Shown one piece after another: positions 54,249 through 63,605 of a DNA stretch of 64,000 nt. Both the position numbers and the translations under genes were made by a program. The stretch is from positions 4,368 to 68,367 of the forward strand of contig JBAZTR010000002.1 in assembly GCA_041661745.1 (NCBI GenBank), read 5' to 3'. Position 1 is the stretch's first letter. The number at the start of each line of letters is the position of its first letter. The notes beneath the pieces are model-generated. The model was not told where the DNA came from. It saw nothing but the letters and a program-made list of their open reading frames with translations, and did not search any database. Source of the stretch: Patescibacteria group bacterium. GTDB lineage: Bacteria; Patescibacteriota; Patescibacteriia; UBA9934; GWF2-40-263.

Positions 54249-54641
54249 TTAGGCAATTTCACAAAGAACTTCGCCACCAAGTTTTCTGGCGCGCGCTTCT
54301 TTGTTAGTCATTAAACCGTTAGAGGTGGAAACAATGGAAAAACCAAGACCGGAAAGGACGCGTGGTAATTCGTCATTTTTCATGTAGACGCGGCGACCAG
54401 GCTTGGAAATACGTTTAATCATGTGGATAGCTGGTTCACGACGAGTGTACTTCAAAACCATGCGAATAACTGGTCGGCCAGCTTCGGTGGTTTGGTCAAC
54501 CTGGGCAATAAAACCTTCCCGCTCCAAAATTTTGGCCAAACTGAATTTAAGTTTGGAAAATGGCAGGATGATTTCCGGCTTTCGTACAGCTTGCGCGTTA
54601 CGAAGGCGGGTTAACATGTCAGAAATTGGATCAATCAACAT
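54249..54641 (-). CDS. rpsH: 30S ribosomal protein uS8
   Basis: DPISDMLTRLRNA, SKPGRRVY, GGEVLC. Confidence 0.97.
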   Translation of the reverse strand: MLIDPISDMLTRLRNAQAVRKPEIILPFSKLKFSLAKILEREGFIAQVDQTTEAGRPVIRMVLKYTRREPAIHMIKRISKPGRRVYMKNDELPRVLSGLGFSIVSTSNGLMTNKEARARKLGGEVLCEIA

Positions 54642-54652
54642 ATTTTCAAAAA

Positions 54653-54838
54653 TTACCAGCTAGACTTTTTAATGCCAGGAATTTCACCGCGATTAGCTAA
54701 TTCGCGGAAACAGATACGGCACAACTCAAAATCGCGCATGTAACCATGCCGACGGCCGCAACGCCAACAACGGTTGACGCGGCGATTGGTATATTTCTGT
54801 TTGCGGCGCGTTTTAGCGCGCTGATTTTCAGTTGACAT
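54653..54838 (-). CDS. rpsN: 30S ribosomal protein uS14 (zinc-binding type)
   Basis: [26 protein letters not shown]. Confidence 0.96.
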   Translation of the reverse strand: MSTENQRAKTRRKQKYTNRRVNRCWRCGRRHGYMRDFELCRICFRELANRGEIPGIKKSSW

Positions 54839-54841
54839 AGG

Positions 54842-55393
54842 TTACTTCTTTTTTTCATCTTTCTTAAACGGAAAGCCCAGAGCAGTCAAAAGCGCTTTGC
54901 CTTGTTCGCTAGTCTTGGCTGTAGTGGAAATCGTTACCTGAAGACCGTGAATGACTTCGATTTCGTCTGGTTTAATTTCCGGAAATGACATGTGCTCGCG
55001 GAAACCAATGGAATAGTTACCATTCGCATCAAAAGCATCAGCCGAAATTCCGCGAAAGTCGCGCACGCGTGGCAAAGTTATATTGATCAGCTTGTCTAAA
55101 AAGTGCCACATTCTTTGGCCACGCAAAGTAACTTTCATACCGATGACCATCCCTTTTCTAATCTTAAAGTTAGAAATGGAAATACGCGCCTTGGTTTTAA
55201 CCGGATGTTGACCGGTGATTCGACGCAGGGTTGCTTCGGCCGTGTCGATAAACTTAGCCTCCTTAATTCCCTGCCCTAAGCCAACGTTAAGAGTAACCTT
55301 GGTAATCTTCGGCACAGCCAAGGTGTTTTTGAGCTCAAGCTCTTCGGCAAGCTTAGGCGCTACGGTTTCTTTGTAGAAAGTTTGCAATGACAT
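54842..55393 (-). CDS. rplE: 50S ribosomal protein uL5
   Basis: ITGQHP..FKIRKG, LPRVRDFRG, FPEI. Confidence 0.97.
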   Translation of the reverse strand: MSLQTFYKETVAPKLAEELELKNTLAVPKITKVTLNVGLGQGIKEAKFIDTAEATLRRITGQHPVKTKARISISNFKIRKGMVIGMKVTLRGQRMWHFLDKLINITLPRVRDFRGISADAFDANGNYSIGFREHMSFPEIKPDEIEVIHGLQVTISTTAKTSEQGKALLTALGFPFKKDEKKK

Positions 55394-55395
55394 AA

Positions 55396-55728
55396 TTATT
55401 CGATATCTTCAGACTTTTTTCCACGGTGAATTATTCTGACTGAAGTTTTTTTACCGGCCTTTTCAATGTTTTTCCAACCAACCCGACCAGCATTACCACT
55501 TTTCGGAGAAATCAATTGAACGTTGGAAATTTGAATCGGCGCCGGAAAGGAAATTTTTTGTCCAGCCTCGCCGCGACGGCGACCCTTTAGGTGGCGGGTT
55601 GCTAAATTAAGACCCTCAACCACAGTACGGTTAAGTTTTGGGAAAACTTGCAGAACCTTGCCCTGCTTCCCTTTGTCTTTTCCAGTGATAATCCGGACAG
55701 TGTCGCCGGTTTTGATTTTTAACTTCAT
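55396..55728 (-). CDS. rplX: 50S ribosomal protein uL24
   Basis: IKTGDTVRIITGKDKGKQGKV, PIQISNV. Confidence 0.95.
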   Translation of the reverse strand: MKLKIKTGDTVRIITGKDKGKQGKVLQVFPKLNRTVVEGLNLATRHLKGRRRGEAGQKISFPAPIQISNVQLISPKSGNAGRVGWKNIEKAGKKTSVRIIHRGKKSEDIE

Positions 55729-55732
55729 ATGA

Positions 55733-56104
55733 TTAAAGAACCTCCGGGGCTAAAGAAATTATCTTAGTAAAACCCTTAACACGCAGTTCTCGAGCCACCG
55801 GCCCAAAGATACGTGTACCTTTTGGTTCCTTGCTTTTTGGATCAATGATCACCGCGGCGTTCTCGTCAAAACGAATGTAGGTACCATCAGGACGACGGGT
55901 TTCTTTGCGAGTTCTAACAATAACGGCGTGAACAACGTCGCTTTTCTTAACCGTCGCGTGCGGCACAGCGTCTTTAACCGTAGCTGTAACCACATCACCT
56001 AAACGGGCGTAGCGTTTTCGATAACCACCTTCAACCCGCCACATTTGGAGTTTGCGGGCACCAGAGTTATCGGCCACATTTAACATTGAACGTAACTGAA
56101 CCAT
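55733..56104 (-). CDS. rplN: 50S ribosomal protein uL14
   Basis: [29 protein letters not shown]; start 56104. Confidence 0.97.
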   Translation of the reverse strand: MVQLRSMLNVADNSGARKLQMWRVEGGYRKRYARLGDVVTATVKDAVPHATVKKSDVVHAVIVRTRKETRRPDGTYIRFDENAAVIIDPKSKEPKGTRIFGPVARELRVKGFTKIISLAPEVL

Positions 56105-56112
56105 ATAAAAGA

Positions 56113-56376
56113 TTAAACGGTTGTTTTCAAAACTTTTAATAAACGCCAACGCTTGTCGCGGGACAACGGACGAGTTTCGACAAACTGAACAGTGTCGCCA
56201 ACCTTGGCCTGCTTTTGAGCGTCATCTACCATATAACGGCGGCTAGTGATATAGCGCTTCTGATATTTCTTATGAAGAACAGTGCTATCAACCCGAACCA
56301 CGATCGTTTTCATCATTTTGTCTGAAACGACCACGCCGGTCAAAACACGTTCAGTTTTATTTTTTTCTTCCGTCAT
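56113..56376 (-). CDS. rpsQ: 30S ribosomal protein uS17
   Basis: [25 protein letters not shown]. Confidence 0.95.
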   Translation of the reverse strand: MTEEKNKTERVLTGVVVSDKMMKTIVVRVDSTVLHKKYQKRYITSRRYMVDDAQKQAKVGDTVQFVETRPLSRDKRWRLLKVLKTTV

Positions 56377-56381
56377 ATTTT

Positions 56382-56570
56382 TTAAGCGGCTCCCTGCCTA
56401 AGATAGGTTTTAATTTTGGCGATGGTCTTTTTCGCCACACGAAGCTTTCTAACTTGAGAAAGTTGATTGGCCGAAAGTGAGGCACGTAAACCACGAATGT
56501 TATCTTCACTTTCTCGCAAGGCTTTCTTTAAAACTTCCGGGGAAGCTTTTTTTAAATCTTTGTCTTCCAT
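56382..56570 (-). CDS. rpmC: 50S ribosomal protein uL29
   Basis: Size, position between rplP and rpsQ, KKTIAKIKT. Confidence 0.85.
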   Translation of the reverse strand: MEDKDLKKASPEVLKKALRESEDNIRGLRASLSANQLSQVRKLRVAKKTIAKIKTYLRQGAA

Positions 56571-56571
56571 A

Positions 56572-56988
56572 TTATTCTCCTTTTACCAAAAATTTACTCT
56601 TAACCGGCAGTTTATACGAAGATAGACGAAGGGCTTCTTTGGCCACTTCGCGGGTCACGCCGTCCATTTCAAACATAATCGTTCCGGCCCGTACAACGGC
56701 AACATAATGATCAACGGCTCCCTTACCTTTACCCATAGGCATTTCCGCGCCCTTGGTGGTAACCGGGTGATCGGGGAAAATACGAATCCAAATCTTACCG
56801 CCACGTTTAATAGAACGCGTCATGGCCCGACGAGCGGCTTCGATTTGTCTTGAGGTCACCCAAGATTCTTCCATAGCTTTAAGACCATAAGAACCAAAAG
56901 CCAGAGTATTTTTTCGGGTTGCCAAACGCAGACCGCGGCGGCGGCCCTTATGCCATTTACGATGTTTGACTTTCTTTGGAATCAACAT
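56572..56988 (-). CDS. rplP: 50S ribosomal protein uL16
   Basis: [30 protein letters not shown]. Confidence 0.97.
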   Translation of the reverse strand: MLIPKKVKHRKWHKGRRRGLRLATRKNTLAFGSYGLKAMEESWVTSRQIEAARRAMTRSIKRGGKIWIRIFPDHPVTTKGAEMPMGKGKGAVDHYVAVVRAGTIMFEMDGVTREVAKEALRLSSYKLPVKSKFLVKGE

Positions 56989-56998
56989 ACCTTATAGA

Positions 56999-57670
56999 TT
57001 ATTCTTCCATTTTGGTTTCAGAACCGCTTTTTTCAAAAATTTCTCCGCGGTTAATCCAAACTTTTATACCAATAGCTCCATAAATCGTTCTAGCGGTAAC
57101 TGTGGCGAAATCAATATCAGCACGCAGGTTATGAAGTGGAACCTTACCGTGGGCTAAAGTTTCAACTCGAGCAATTTCTGCCCCGTTCAAACGACCGCCC
57201 AGAGTAATTTTAACCCCTTCGGCACGGGCCTTCAGAACGCGTTCAATTGCTTGTTTCATGGCGCGACGGAAAGGAAAACGCTTTTCAATATCCGAGGCGA
57301 TTTGTTGACCAACAATCTGTGCCGACAACGATGGACGAGCGACCTCTTTAACATTTAACGACAAGGCCACACGGCGACCGCGATAAAACTTAACCAAAAT
57401 TTTCTTCTTCAAATCTTCGATTCCAGCGCCGGCCCGACCAATGATAAATCCTGGCTTGGCCGAGAAAATAACAATATTTATTTGCTGGCGGGTGCGTTCA
57501 ATTTCAACACGATCAACCAAGGCTTCCTTTAATTCTTTGCGCAAAAAATCACGAATACGAACATCTTCGCGCAACAATTCTGGAAAGCCTTCCTTTTTGG
57601 AAAACCACGCGGAATCCCAACCACGGATGGTTGATAGACGGAAAGCTTTTGGATGAACTTTATGACCCAT
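56999..57670 (-). CDS. rpsC: 30S ribosomal protein uS3
   Basis: MGHKVHPKAFRL, GRLNGAEIAR, PLHNLRADID. Confidence 0.97.
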   Translation of the reverse strand: MGHKVHPKAFRLSTIRGWDSAWFSKKEGFPELLREDVRIRDFLRKELKEALVDRVEIERTRQQINIVIFSAKPGFIIGRAGAGIEDLKKKILVKFYRGRRVALSLNVKEVARPSLSAQIVGQQIASDIEKRFPFRRAMKQAIERVLKARAEGVKITLGGRLNGAEIARVETLAHGKVPLHNLRADIDFATVTARTIYGAIGIKVWINRGEIFEKSGSETKMEE

Positions 57671-57673
57671 ATA

Positions 57674-58063
57674 TTATTTCTTTTTGGCTGTTTTCTTTTC
57701 GACCGCTTTAACGACATCTTTCTTCACTTCTTCCTTTTCCGACAGAACCAGAGAAAGATGCGAAGTGCGATGACGAATCGGGGTAGCACTACCGAAGGCT
57801 TTAGGCGTCCAGCGTTTGTAGACTGGGCCACCGTCAACCATCAGGGTTTTTACGAAAAGTTTATCAGCGGAAATTTTAAAGTTATGCTCAGCGTTAGCTA
57901 TGGCCGATTTCAAAAGTTTAGTAATCGGCGTGGCCGCTTGTTGTTTCATGACCGAAAGTCGTGCCAGAGCTTCGCTAACAACAAGACCGCGAACTGAGTC
58001 CGCCACTAAACGCACCTTACGCGGTGACATGCGAATAAATCTTGCTTTGGCTGTGATATCCAT
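57674..58063 (-). CDS. rplV: 50S ribosomal protein uL22
   Basis: RMSPRKVRLVAD, SAIANAEHN, RTSH. Confidence 0.96.
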   Translation of the reverse strand: MDITAKARFIRMSPRKVRLVADSVRGLVVSEALARLSVMKQQAATPITKLLKSAIANAEHNFKISADKLFVKTLMVDGGPVYKRWTPKAFGSATPIRHRTSHLSLVLSEKEEVKKDVVKAVEKKTAKKK

Positions 58064-58093
58064 AGATAGTAGAAATTGCGAATCGAGAAAAAA

Positions 58094-58438
58094 TTATTTC
58101 TTTCCATTTTTGGCCGCCGGCGCCGCCGCTGGAGCAGCCGAAGCAGCCCCTGGCGCGGTCGAAGCTTCTTCAGCTTTCTGAATTTTACCGCCGTGACGAA
58201 CAAATTTTCTAGTTGGAGAAAATTCGCCTAACTTATGTCCGACCATTTCTTCGGAAATCCGAACATTGATATGTTCTCTTCCGTTGTGCACGCCAATGGT
58301 AAAACCGACCATCTCAGGTGTGATGGATGAAGCGCGTGCCCAGGTTTTAATAATCGTGCGGCTACCTGGTCCAAGCTTTTGAATTTTTTGTAAAAGCTTT
58401 TCGTTTACGAAAGGCCCTTTTTTTGAGCTACGGGACAT
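58094..58438 (-). CDS. rpsS: 30S ribosomal protein uS19
   Basis: [27 protein letters not shown]. Confidence 0.97.
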   Translation of the reverse strand: MSRSSKKGPFVNEKLLQKIQKLGPGSRTIIKTWARASSITPEMVGFTIGVHNGREHINVRISEEMVGHKLGEFSPTRKFVRHGGKIQKAEEASTAPGAASAAPAAAPAAKNGKK

Positions 58439-58450
58439 AATTTAAGCTAA

Positions 58451-59305
58451 TTATTTAACCGAACTTCCGACAAAGCGACCCTTAGGACGACGCTGAACAA
58501 TCATTTTATCGGAAAACTTCTTCTTTCGTGTCTTTACACCCAAGGCTGGTTTGCCTTGTGGGGTTTTTGGATGTTTCAAACCGATAGAGTTACGACCTTC
58601 ACCGCCACCGTGTGGGTGATCAACTGGGTTCATAACCTTACCGCGAACGGTTGGACGAATTCCGCGATGACGTGTTCGGCCGGCTTTGCCCCAACGAATC
58701 AAACCATAATCAGGGTTGGAAACAACACCGACAGTTGCCAAACATTCTTTAGCTACCATACGAACTTCGCCAGACGGAAGTTTCAAAGTCGCCATATTAC
58801 CCTCAACAGCCATAATCTGAGCTGTGGCTCCAGCCCCACGAACCATTTGGCCACCCTTCCCTGGTTCCATTTCAACGTCGTAGACGTTAATACCAACTGG
58901 GATATTCTCCAAAGACAAACGGTTTCCGATTTTAATTTCACCCTTACCTTTAGTTGAAACAACTGAATCACCAACATTCAAACCTTGTGGGGCCAACATG
59001 TAACGCTTTTCACCATCAAGATACTGAATCAACAAAAGACGGGCCCCGCGATTCGGGTCATATTCAACAGCCACAATTTTCGCGGGCATGTCGAATTTAT
59101 CACGACGAAAATCAACAAGACGAGTATAACGTCTGGCGCCGCCGCCGCGATGACGAACGGTTATCTTACCTAACGAACGACCGGATTTTTGATTGCGAAA
59201 AGCCACCAGTGCTTTTTCAGGTTCCTTCTTGGTAATATCCTTAAAGGTTTGAACACTGGAAATTCGGCGAGCGTTAGTTGTTGGGCGGTAACTCTTAACT
59301 GGCAT
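58451..59305 (-). CDS. rplB: 50S ribosomal protein uL2
   Basis: EYDPNR, RPTVRGKVMNPVDHPHGGGEG. Confidence 0.98.
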   Translation of the reverse strand: MPVKSYRPTTNARRISSVQTFKDITKKEPEKALVAFRNQKSGRSLGKITVRHRGGGARRYTRLVDFRRDKFDMPAKIVAVEYDPNRGARLLLIQYLDGEKRYMLAPQGLNVGDSVVSTKGKGEIKIGNRLSLENIPVGINVYDVEMEPGKGGQMVRGAGATAQIMAVEGNMATLKLPSGEVRMVAKECLATVGVVSNPDYGLIRWGKAGRTRHRGIRPTVRGKVMNPVDHPHGGGEGRNSIGLKHPKTPQGKPALGVKTRKKKFSDKMIVQRRPKGRFVGSSVK

Positions 59306-59310
59306 ATTGC

Positions 59311-59763
59311 TTAAACACCTTCGTGAACATTAATAGTTTTACCTTTTGGCAAACGAACAATGGCTTTCTTCCAAGCTTTCTGCATTCCGCGATGACGACC
59401 AAAACGAACGGGCTCGCGACGCATGTTCAAAATACCAACACTTGTCGGTTTAACACCATAAAGGGCAAAAACCGCAGCCGCAACTTCGCGACGATCGGAT
59501 TTTGGATTTATTTCAAAGACATACTGTCCGAACGAAGTCTGGGTAGCTGATTTTTCTGTCACCAAGGGACGAATCAAGACCCTGGCCAAAGTTTCAGAAA
59601 TTTCTTTTTTAGAAGTCTTAGCTGTCTTTTCTTTAGCAGCTTTTACCTTAGGTTTGGCTTCTTCGATTTTTTCAGGAACATTTTTTTCAGCCACAACCGA
59701 CGTCGAAACTTTTTTTTCGACTTCTTGTTCTTTTTGCTTCTTAAAACGGTCTAGAAATCCCAT
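59311..59763 (-). CDS. rplW: 50S ribosomal protein uL23 with N-terminal extension
   Basis: RPLVTEKS, WKKAIVRL; ~55 aa Lys/Glu-rich leader. Confidence 0.93.
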   Translation of the reverse strand: MGFLDRFKKQKEQEVEKKVSTSVVAEKNVPEKIEEAKPKVKAAKEKTAKTSKKEISETLARVLIRPLVTEKSATQTSFGQYVFEINPKSDRREVAAAVFALYGVKPTSVGILNMRREPVRFGRHRGMQKAWKKAIVRLPKGKTINVHEGV

Positions 59764-59773
59764 AACTTTTTAT

Positions 59774-60430
59774 TTATTTCGCCGAAGCTTTAACCGAGGC
59801 GGACTTAGCGTAAGTTTTTTCCAAAATTTCAAGGGCTGCACTAGAAATAACCAAGGTGTCATTAGACAAAATTTCAACCACGTTCAAACTTTTAACTGAA
59901 ATCGGAGTGACACTCGGGATATTTCGTACAATCTTTTGAAAAATTTTATTTTCCGGTTCCAAAACAACCAAATTGTGGCGACCGATTGGCATCTTTTTGA
60001 GTAAAGCCGCGGCTAATTTTGTTTTAGCTTCTGGCATAACCAACGAATCGACGACAATAAATTTATTTTCTAAAACTTTATCCGATAAAACCATGGCCAA
60101 AGCCTTACGGCGTTCGGTTCGGTTAAATTTAATGGAAAAGTTGCGCTCGTTGGTCGGACCGAAAGTGATACCACCACCAACCCAAATAGGTGAGCGTCGT
60201 GATCCATGACGGGCTTGACCTGTTCCTTTTTGTTTCCAAGGCTTACGACCACCACCACGCACTTCGCCGCGGCCTTTGGTGTGAGCCAAAACCTGACGGC
60301 TATTTGCTTGTTGGGCGACGACAGCACGGTGAACGAACGCTTCGTCCGGTTTCACCTCAAAAAGTGACGGGTTAAGATCAACCTCGCCGATTTTATTACC
60401 TTCCTGATTGTACAGCTTTACTTTTGCCAT
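59774..60430 (-). CDS. rplD: 50S ribosomal protein uL4
   Basis: HTKGRGEVRGGGRKPWKQKGTGQARHGS. Confidence 0.97.
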   Translation of the reverse strand: MAKVKLYNQEGNKIGEVDLNPSLFEVKPDEAFVHRAVVAQQANSRQVLAHTKGRGEVRGGGRKPWKQKGTGQARHGSRRSPIWVGGGITFGPTNERNFSIKFNRTERRKALAMVLSDKVLENKFIVVDSLVMPEAKTKLAAALLKKMPIGRHNLVVLEPENKIFQKIVRNIPSVTPISVKSLNVVEILSNDTLVISSAALEILEKTYAKSASVKASAK

Positions 60431-61044
60431 ACGGATTTTCCTTCACGAGTTTTAATAAGTAATAACGAACCGCGCGCTCCGGGAACGGCGCCTTTGATTG
60501 CCAAAAGCTGCTTTCCAGAATCGACGGAAATAATCTCTAAATTTTTAACGGTCACCTGTGCATCACCCATATGACCACCCATGCGTTTACCCTTAGCAAC
60601 AGGACCTTGGCGACGTGAACCAATTGAACCAGGCATACGCAACTGGTCTTTGTGTCCGTGGGAAGCCGGCGAACCATGGAAACCATGACGTTTAACAACG
60701 CCTTGAAAACCATGTCCTTTAGAGGTACCAACAACATCAATACGGTCACCAGGGACAAAAATAGAAACTTCAATTTTGTCGCCGCGCTTCAAATCAGCAG
60801 CTGCAGTATGAAACTCGCGCAAAGTCGCGACGGCCGGCAAATCTTTTAAATGGCCGGCTTCCGGTTTGTTTAAACTTTTTGTTTCTTTACTACCGATTTG
60901 AACGGCAACATAACCGTCTTTTGCTTCCTCTTTAATCTGTGTAACGACACAAGGTGTCGCTTTAACCAAAGTTACCGGCACGACGATACCGTCATCTCGG
61001 AAAATTTGGGTCATTTCAATTTTTCTTCCAATAATGAATTTCAT
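60418..61044 (-). CDS. rplC: 50S ribosomal protein uL3
   Basis: MTQIF..PVT, SKGHGFQGVVKRH, GSIG, KGAVPG. Confidence 0.97.
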   Translation of the reverse strand: MKFIIGRKIEMTQIFRDDGIVVPVTLVKATPCVVTQIKEEAKDGYVAVQIGSKETKSLNKPEAGHLKDLPAVATLREFHTAAADLKRGDKIEVSIFVPGDRIDVVGTSKGHGFQGVVKRHGFHGSPASHGHKDQLRMPGSIGSRRQGPVAKGKRMGGHMGDAQVTVKNLEIISVDSGKQLLAIKGAVPGARGSLLLIKTREGKSVWQK

Positions 61045-61058
61045 ACGGACTAATTTAA

Positions 61059-61124
61059 AAGCCAGAAGTCGTCCCGCACTTTTTTCTTTTTATAATGAAA
61101 AAGTTGCGGGATAACTTCTAGCCT
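61059..61124 (-). promoter_or_regulatory. Long stem-loop in the rplC leader (candidate cis-regulatory RNA)
   Basis: Minus strand AGGCTAGAAGTTATCCCGCAACTTTTT pairs with AAAAAGTGCGGGACGACTTCTGGCTT. Confidence 0.5.
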
Positions 61125-61328
61125 CTACTTGATAAAGGCAATTTTTATTAAAATTTAATGAATCGGGCCTCTTTATATACGATCTCGGAAGCTTCGGGAA
61201 GGTTTTCGTGATCTTTTACTTTCATTATTCTCACGAGCTTTCTTCCCCGTTCTTCAATCGTTTGATTGGTTAATTTATCCCCCTTCGCTCCGGGAGCTTC
61301 GGAGGATTCCGTCGAGCTAAGCTCGACT

Positions 61329-61667
61329 TCACATCTTCACTTCAATATCCACACCAGCTGGCAAGTTTAAACTCATCATGGAATCCATTGTGCGTTCGGT
61401 TGGATCTAAAACATCGATCAAACGCTTATGGACGCGCATTTCGTACTGTTCGCGGGCATTCTTATACACGAAGGTGGAACGGTTAACTGTGTATTTGCGC
61501 GTTTCTGTCGGTAGCGGAATCGGTCCCAAGACCTTGGCCCCGGTGCGCTCGGCTGTACGCATAATGGTTTGCGCGGCTTGGTCAATAATCTTGTGATCGT
61601 AGGCGCGAATCTTGATGCGAATGCGCTGACGAACTTCTTCTTCTGTTTTCTGGATTTTAGTGGACAC
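61329..61667 (-). CDS. rpsJ: 30S ribosomal protein uS10
   Basis: [38 protein letters not shown]. Confidence 0.97.
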   Translation of the reverse strand: MSTKIQKTEEEVRQRIRIKIRAYDHKIIDQAAQTIMRTAERTGAKVLGPIPLPTETRKYTVNRSTFVYKNAREQYEMRVHKRLIDVLDPTERTMDSMMSLNLPAGVDIEVKM

Positions 61668-61687
61668 AGTAGTGAAAGATCATTTTT

Positions 61688-61718
61688 TATAGGGGCGGAA
61701 AATTTCTCCGCCCCTATA
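61688..61718. terminator. Palindrome between tuf and rpsJ (terminator or REP-like)
   Basis: TATAGGGGCGGAAAATTTCTCCGCCCCTATA. Confidence 0.55.
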
Positions 61719-61726
61719 GAAATTAT

Positions 61727-62920
61727 TTATTTTAGAATCTTAGTTACCGAACCGGCACCAACTGTTTTGCCGCCCTCGCGGATAGCAAAACGAGTATTGT
61801 CTTCCAAAGCAACCGGTTGGATTAACTTAACAGTAATATCGGTGGTATCACCAGGCATAACCATTTCGGTTCCGGCCGGCAAAGTCAATTCACCAGTCAC
61901 GTCAGTGGTACGGATATAAAACTGCGGTTTGTAACCATTGAAGAACGGCTTGTGACGGCCACCTTCTTCTTTAGTTAAGGCCACAATTTTAGCTTCAAAC
62001 TCTGTATGAGGAGTAACTGAACCTGTCTTAGCCAAAACCATACCGCGTTCAATATCTTCTTTTTTGGTACCACGAAGAAGCAAACCAGCGTTGTCGCCAG
62101 CGACACCTTCGCTCAAAGATTTATTGAACATTTCAACACCAGTGACAACTGTTTTGGAAGTTTCCGGTTTCAAACCAACGATTTCAACTTCCTCGTTAAT
62201 ATGAATGGTTCCACGTTCAATACGACCAGTGGCCACAGTGCCACGACCTTCGATAGAGAAAACGTCTTCGATAGCCATCAAAAACGGCTTGTCGACTTCG
62301 CGAACTGGCTCAGGGATAAAGGTATCCAAAGCGTTCATGAGATCCATGATCGGCTTGGAGGCAGCTTCGTCGGTTGGATTTTCCAAAGCTTTCAAAGCTG
62401 AACCACGAATGATCGGGGTGGTATCACCAGGAAATTCGTATTTTTTCAAAAGATCGCGGATTTCTTCCTCAACCAAATCCAAAAGCTCCGGATCATCAAC
62501 CATGTCAGTTTTGTTCATGAAAACGACAATAGAAGGCACACCAACCTGACGAGCCAAAAGAATGTGCTCGCGGGTTTGTGGCATCGGGCCGTCAGCGGCA
62601 GAAACAACCAAAATTGCGCCATCCATTTGAGCCGCACCAGTAATCATGTTTTTGATATAGTCGGCGTGTCCTGGACAGTCAACGTGAGCGTAGTGACGCG
62701 CTTCGGTTTGGTACTCGCAGTGAGCGGTGGCAATTGTAATACCACGGGCCTTTGATTCAGGCGCCTTATCAAGGTCGTCAACACCCTTCTTTTGGGCAAT
62801 AAGACCTTTGGCGTTTAATACTGCCAAGATGGCGGCAGTCAATGTGGTTTTGCCGTGGTCAACGTGGCCGATTGTACCGACGTTAACGTGCGGCTTATTG
62901 CGTTGGAAAACTTCTGCCAT
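61727..62920 (-). CDS. tuf: Elongation factor Tu
   Basis: [36 protein letters not shown]; start 62920. Confidence 0.99.
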   Translation of the reverse strand: MAEVFQRNKPHVNVGTIGHVDHGKTTLTAAILAVLNAKGLIAQKKGVDDLDKAPESKARGITIATAHCEYQTEARHYAHVDCPGHADYIKNMITGAAQMDGAILVVSAADGPMPQTREHILLARQVGVPSIVVFMNKTDMVDDPELLDLVEEEIRDLLKKYEFPGDTTPIIRGSALKALENPTDEAASKPIMDLMNALDTFIPEPVREVDKPFLMAIEDVFSIEGRGTVATGRIERGTIHINEEVEIVGLKPETSKTVVTGVEMFNKSLSEGVAGDNAGLLLRGTKKEDIERGMVLAKTGSVTPHTEFEAKIVALTKEEGGRHKPFFNGYKPQFYIRTTDVTGELTLPAGTEMVMPGDTTDITVKLIQPVALEDNTRFAIREGGKTVGAGSVTKILK

Positions 62921-63027
62921 ATTTTTATTTAAGATTAAATAGCGGCAATAGTATAACAATACCCTTTAAAAAACGCAAGGGGGCGGCCTTTCCACAGGTT
63001 ATCCGCTTACAAACGTCTTATTTTGGC

Positions 63028-63519
63028 TTATTCTACAGGTTCTAAGTAAAATTGCTCCTCGCCAGGTTCTTCATCATCTTTTTTGCTTGGTTGAGAGGAA
63101 AAATCTGGTTTTTCGAACTTCTCCTCGACCACTTTCTTATCAGCATCGTTAAATTTTTCAGGATTCCAGGTCTCGGTTACTTCCCCAGCCGGGGGCATAA
63201 CCTCCCAAATATTCTTGGAAACAGATTCGTCGATTTTTTCACGAGGCATTTCTTCAGGAACCGCCCATTCGGGTTTGATCTTATCGCTGAATTCTTCTTT
63301 ATCGTAATCGTCATCGTAATAATCATCTAAGAAATCGTCGTCAAAACGGTGTGGTTTATCCTGTGGTTCGGGATCCACCATCGGCAAGCTGTCGGCCAAT
63401 TTTTCATAAGCCTCAAGACCCATGAGTACATAGGTATCTTCACCGTTTGGATCAGTCACCACCAGACGATCGCCGGTGCGGCGAACCAGGTCTAGGAGAC
63501 GTTTTAATTGATGGTCCAT
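63028..63519 (-). CDS. Hypothetical acidic protein with Phd/YefM-like N-terminus
   Basis: LKRLLDLVRRTGDRLVVTDPNGEDTYVLMGLEAYEKL, then D/E-rich tail ending EEQFYLEPVE. Confidence 0.7.
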   Translation of the reverse strand: MDHQLKRLLDLVRRTGDRLVVTDPNGEDTYVLMGLEAYEKLADSLPMVDPEPQDKPHRFDDDFLDDYYDDDYDKEEFSDKIKPEWAVPEEMPREKIDESVSKNIWEVMPPAGEVTETWNPEKFNDADKKVVEEKFEKPDFSSQPSKKDDEEPGEEQFYLEPVE

Positions 63520-63562
63520 ATTGAGCTCATTTTGCGGCGAGCAAGAGATAATGTCAAGTTAC

Positions 63563-63592
63563 AAAAACACCCGCCAACTGACGGGTGTTTTT
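63563..63592 (-). terminator. Intrinsic terminator after fusA
   Basis: AAAAACACCCG-loop-CGGGTGTTTTT. Confidence 0.7.
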
Positions 63593-63605
63593 TGTATAAT
63601 TTGCT

